Origin: an uncultured virus (IMG/VR IMGVR_UViG_3300017593_000095)
Taxonomy: Duplodnaviria > Heunggongvirae > Uroviricota > Caudoviricetes
DNA length: 64,000 bases
Virus record (IMG/VR): IMGVR_UViG_3300017593_000095
Direction: 5' to 3' (one strand)
In this document: piece by piece, positions 63,885-64,000 of the stretch
How positions within the stretch are numbered: the stretch's first letter is position 1
Layout: each line of letters starts with the position of its first letter
The notes under the pieces: generated by a model
Databases searched by the model: none
What the model saw: the letters and a program-made list of their open reading frames with translations, nothing else
What the model was told of the DNA's origin: nothing
Program-made: the position numbers and the translations under genes

Positions 63885-64000
63885 TGGCATATCATATAGA
63901 ACACTTAACTGATATAAACGGGCCTCAAGCGTTATACAACGCCTTGATTGACTTTATGACAAGTACGTTAGGGTGGGAAGTCAAGAAAACTGGAACTACT
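63884..64000 (+). CDS. Partial tail-associated protein (runs off the window)
   Basis: TAATG coupling; 'MAYHIETL...LYNALIDFMTSTLGW' resembles the N-terminus of the previous gene. Confidence 0.6.
   Translation, partial: MAYHIEHLTDINGPQALYNALIDFMTSTLGWEVKKTGTT

Noticed and set aside
62910..64000. Diversity-generating retroelement target in the tail genes
   Set aside because: No reverse transcriptase or TR/VR pair is visible in the window

Overview
This 64-kb window is most of the genome of a tailed dsDNA phage with a siphovirus-like tail module. Nearly all genes are on the + strand. Left to right it contains five blocks. (1) A plasmid-type replication initiator followed by four 21-bp iterons, bracketed by a 36-bp direct repeat, suggesting a phage-plasmid. 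(2) A nucleotide/replication block: class II RNR, SbcD/SbcC-like pair, SF2 helicase, DnaB, primase, dUTPase, UDG-fused PolA with an intein, SSB and RecA. A dispersed 7-deazaguanine DNA-modification set (TGT/DpdA-like x2, QueC, FolE2, QueE) is interleaved with it. (3) An accessory block at 25-39 kb: DHH phosphoesterase, KhpA, ATP-dependent ligase, three glycosyltransferases, two methyltransferases, ATP-grasp, two AdoMet decarboxylases, an intein-split MBL hydrolase, a zincin, a degenerate SqdB, a response regulator and an NTase-like protein. (4) A head module with a portal-MuF-intein-zincin fusion, terminase, a LigD-phosphoesterase-like gene, protease/scaffold and capsid. (5) A tail module with a GT2-TPR gene in the neck region, a major tail gene split by a clear group I intron carrying a LAGLIDADG ORF, chaperones and a 2205-aa tape measure. 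All calls come from motif recognition by eye; no database searches were run.
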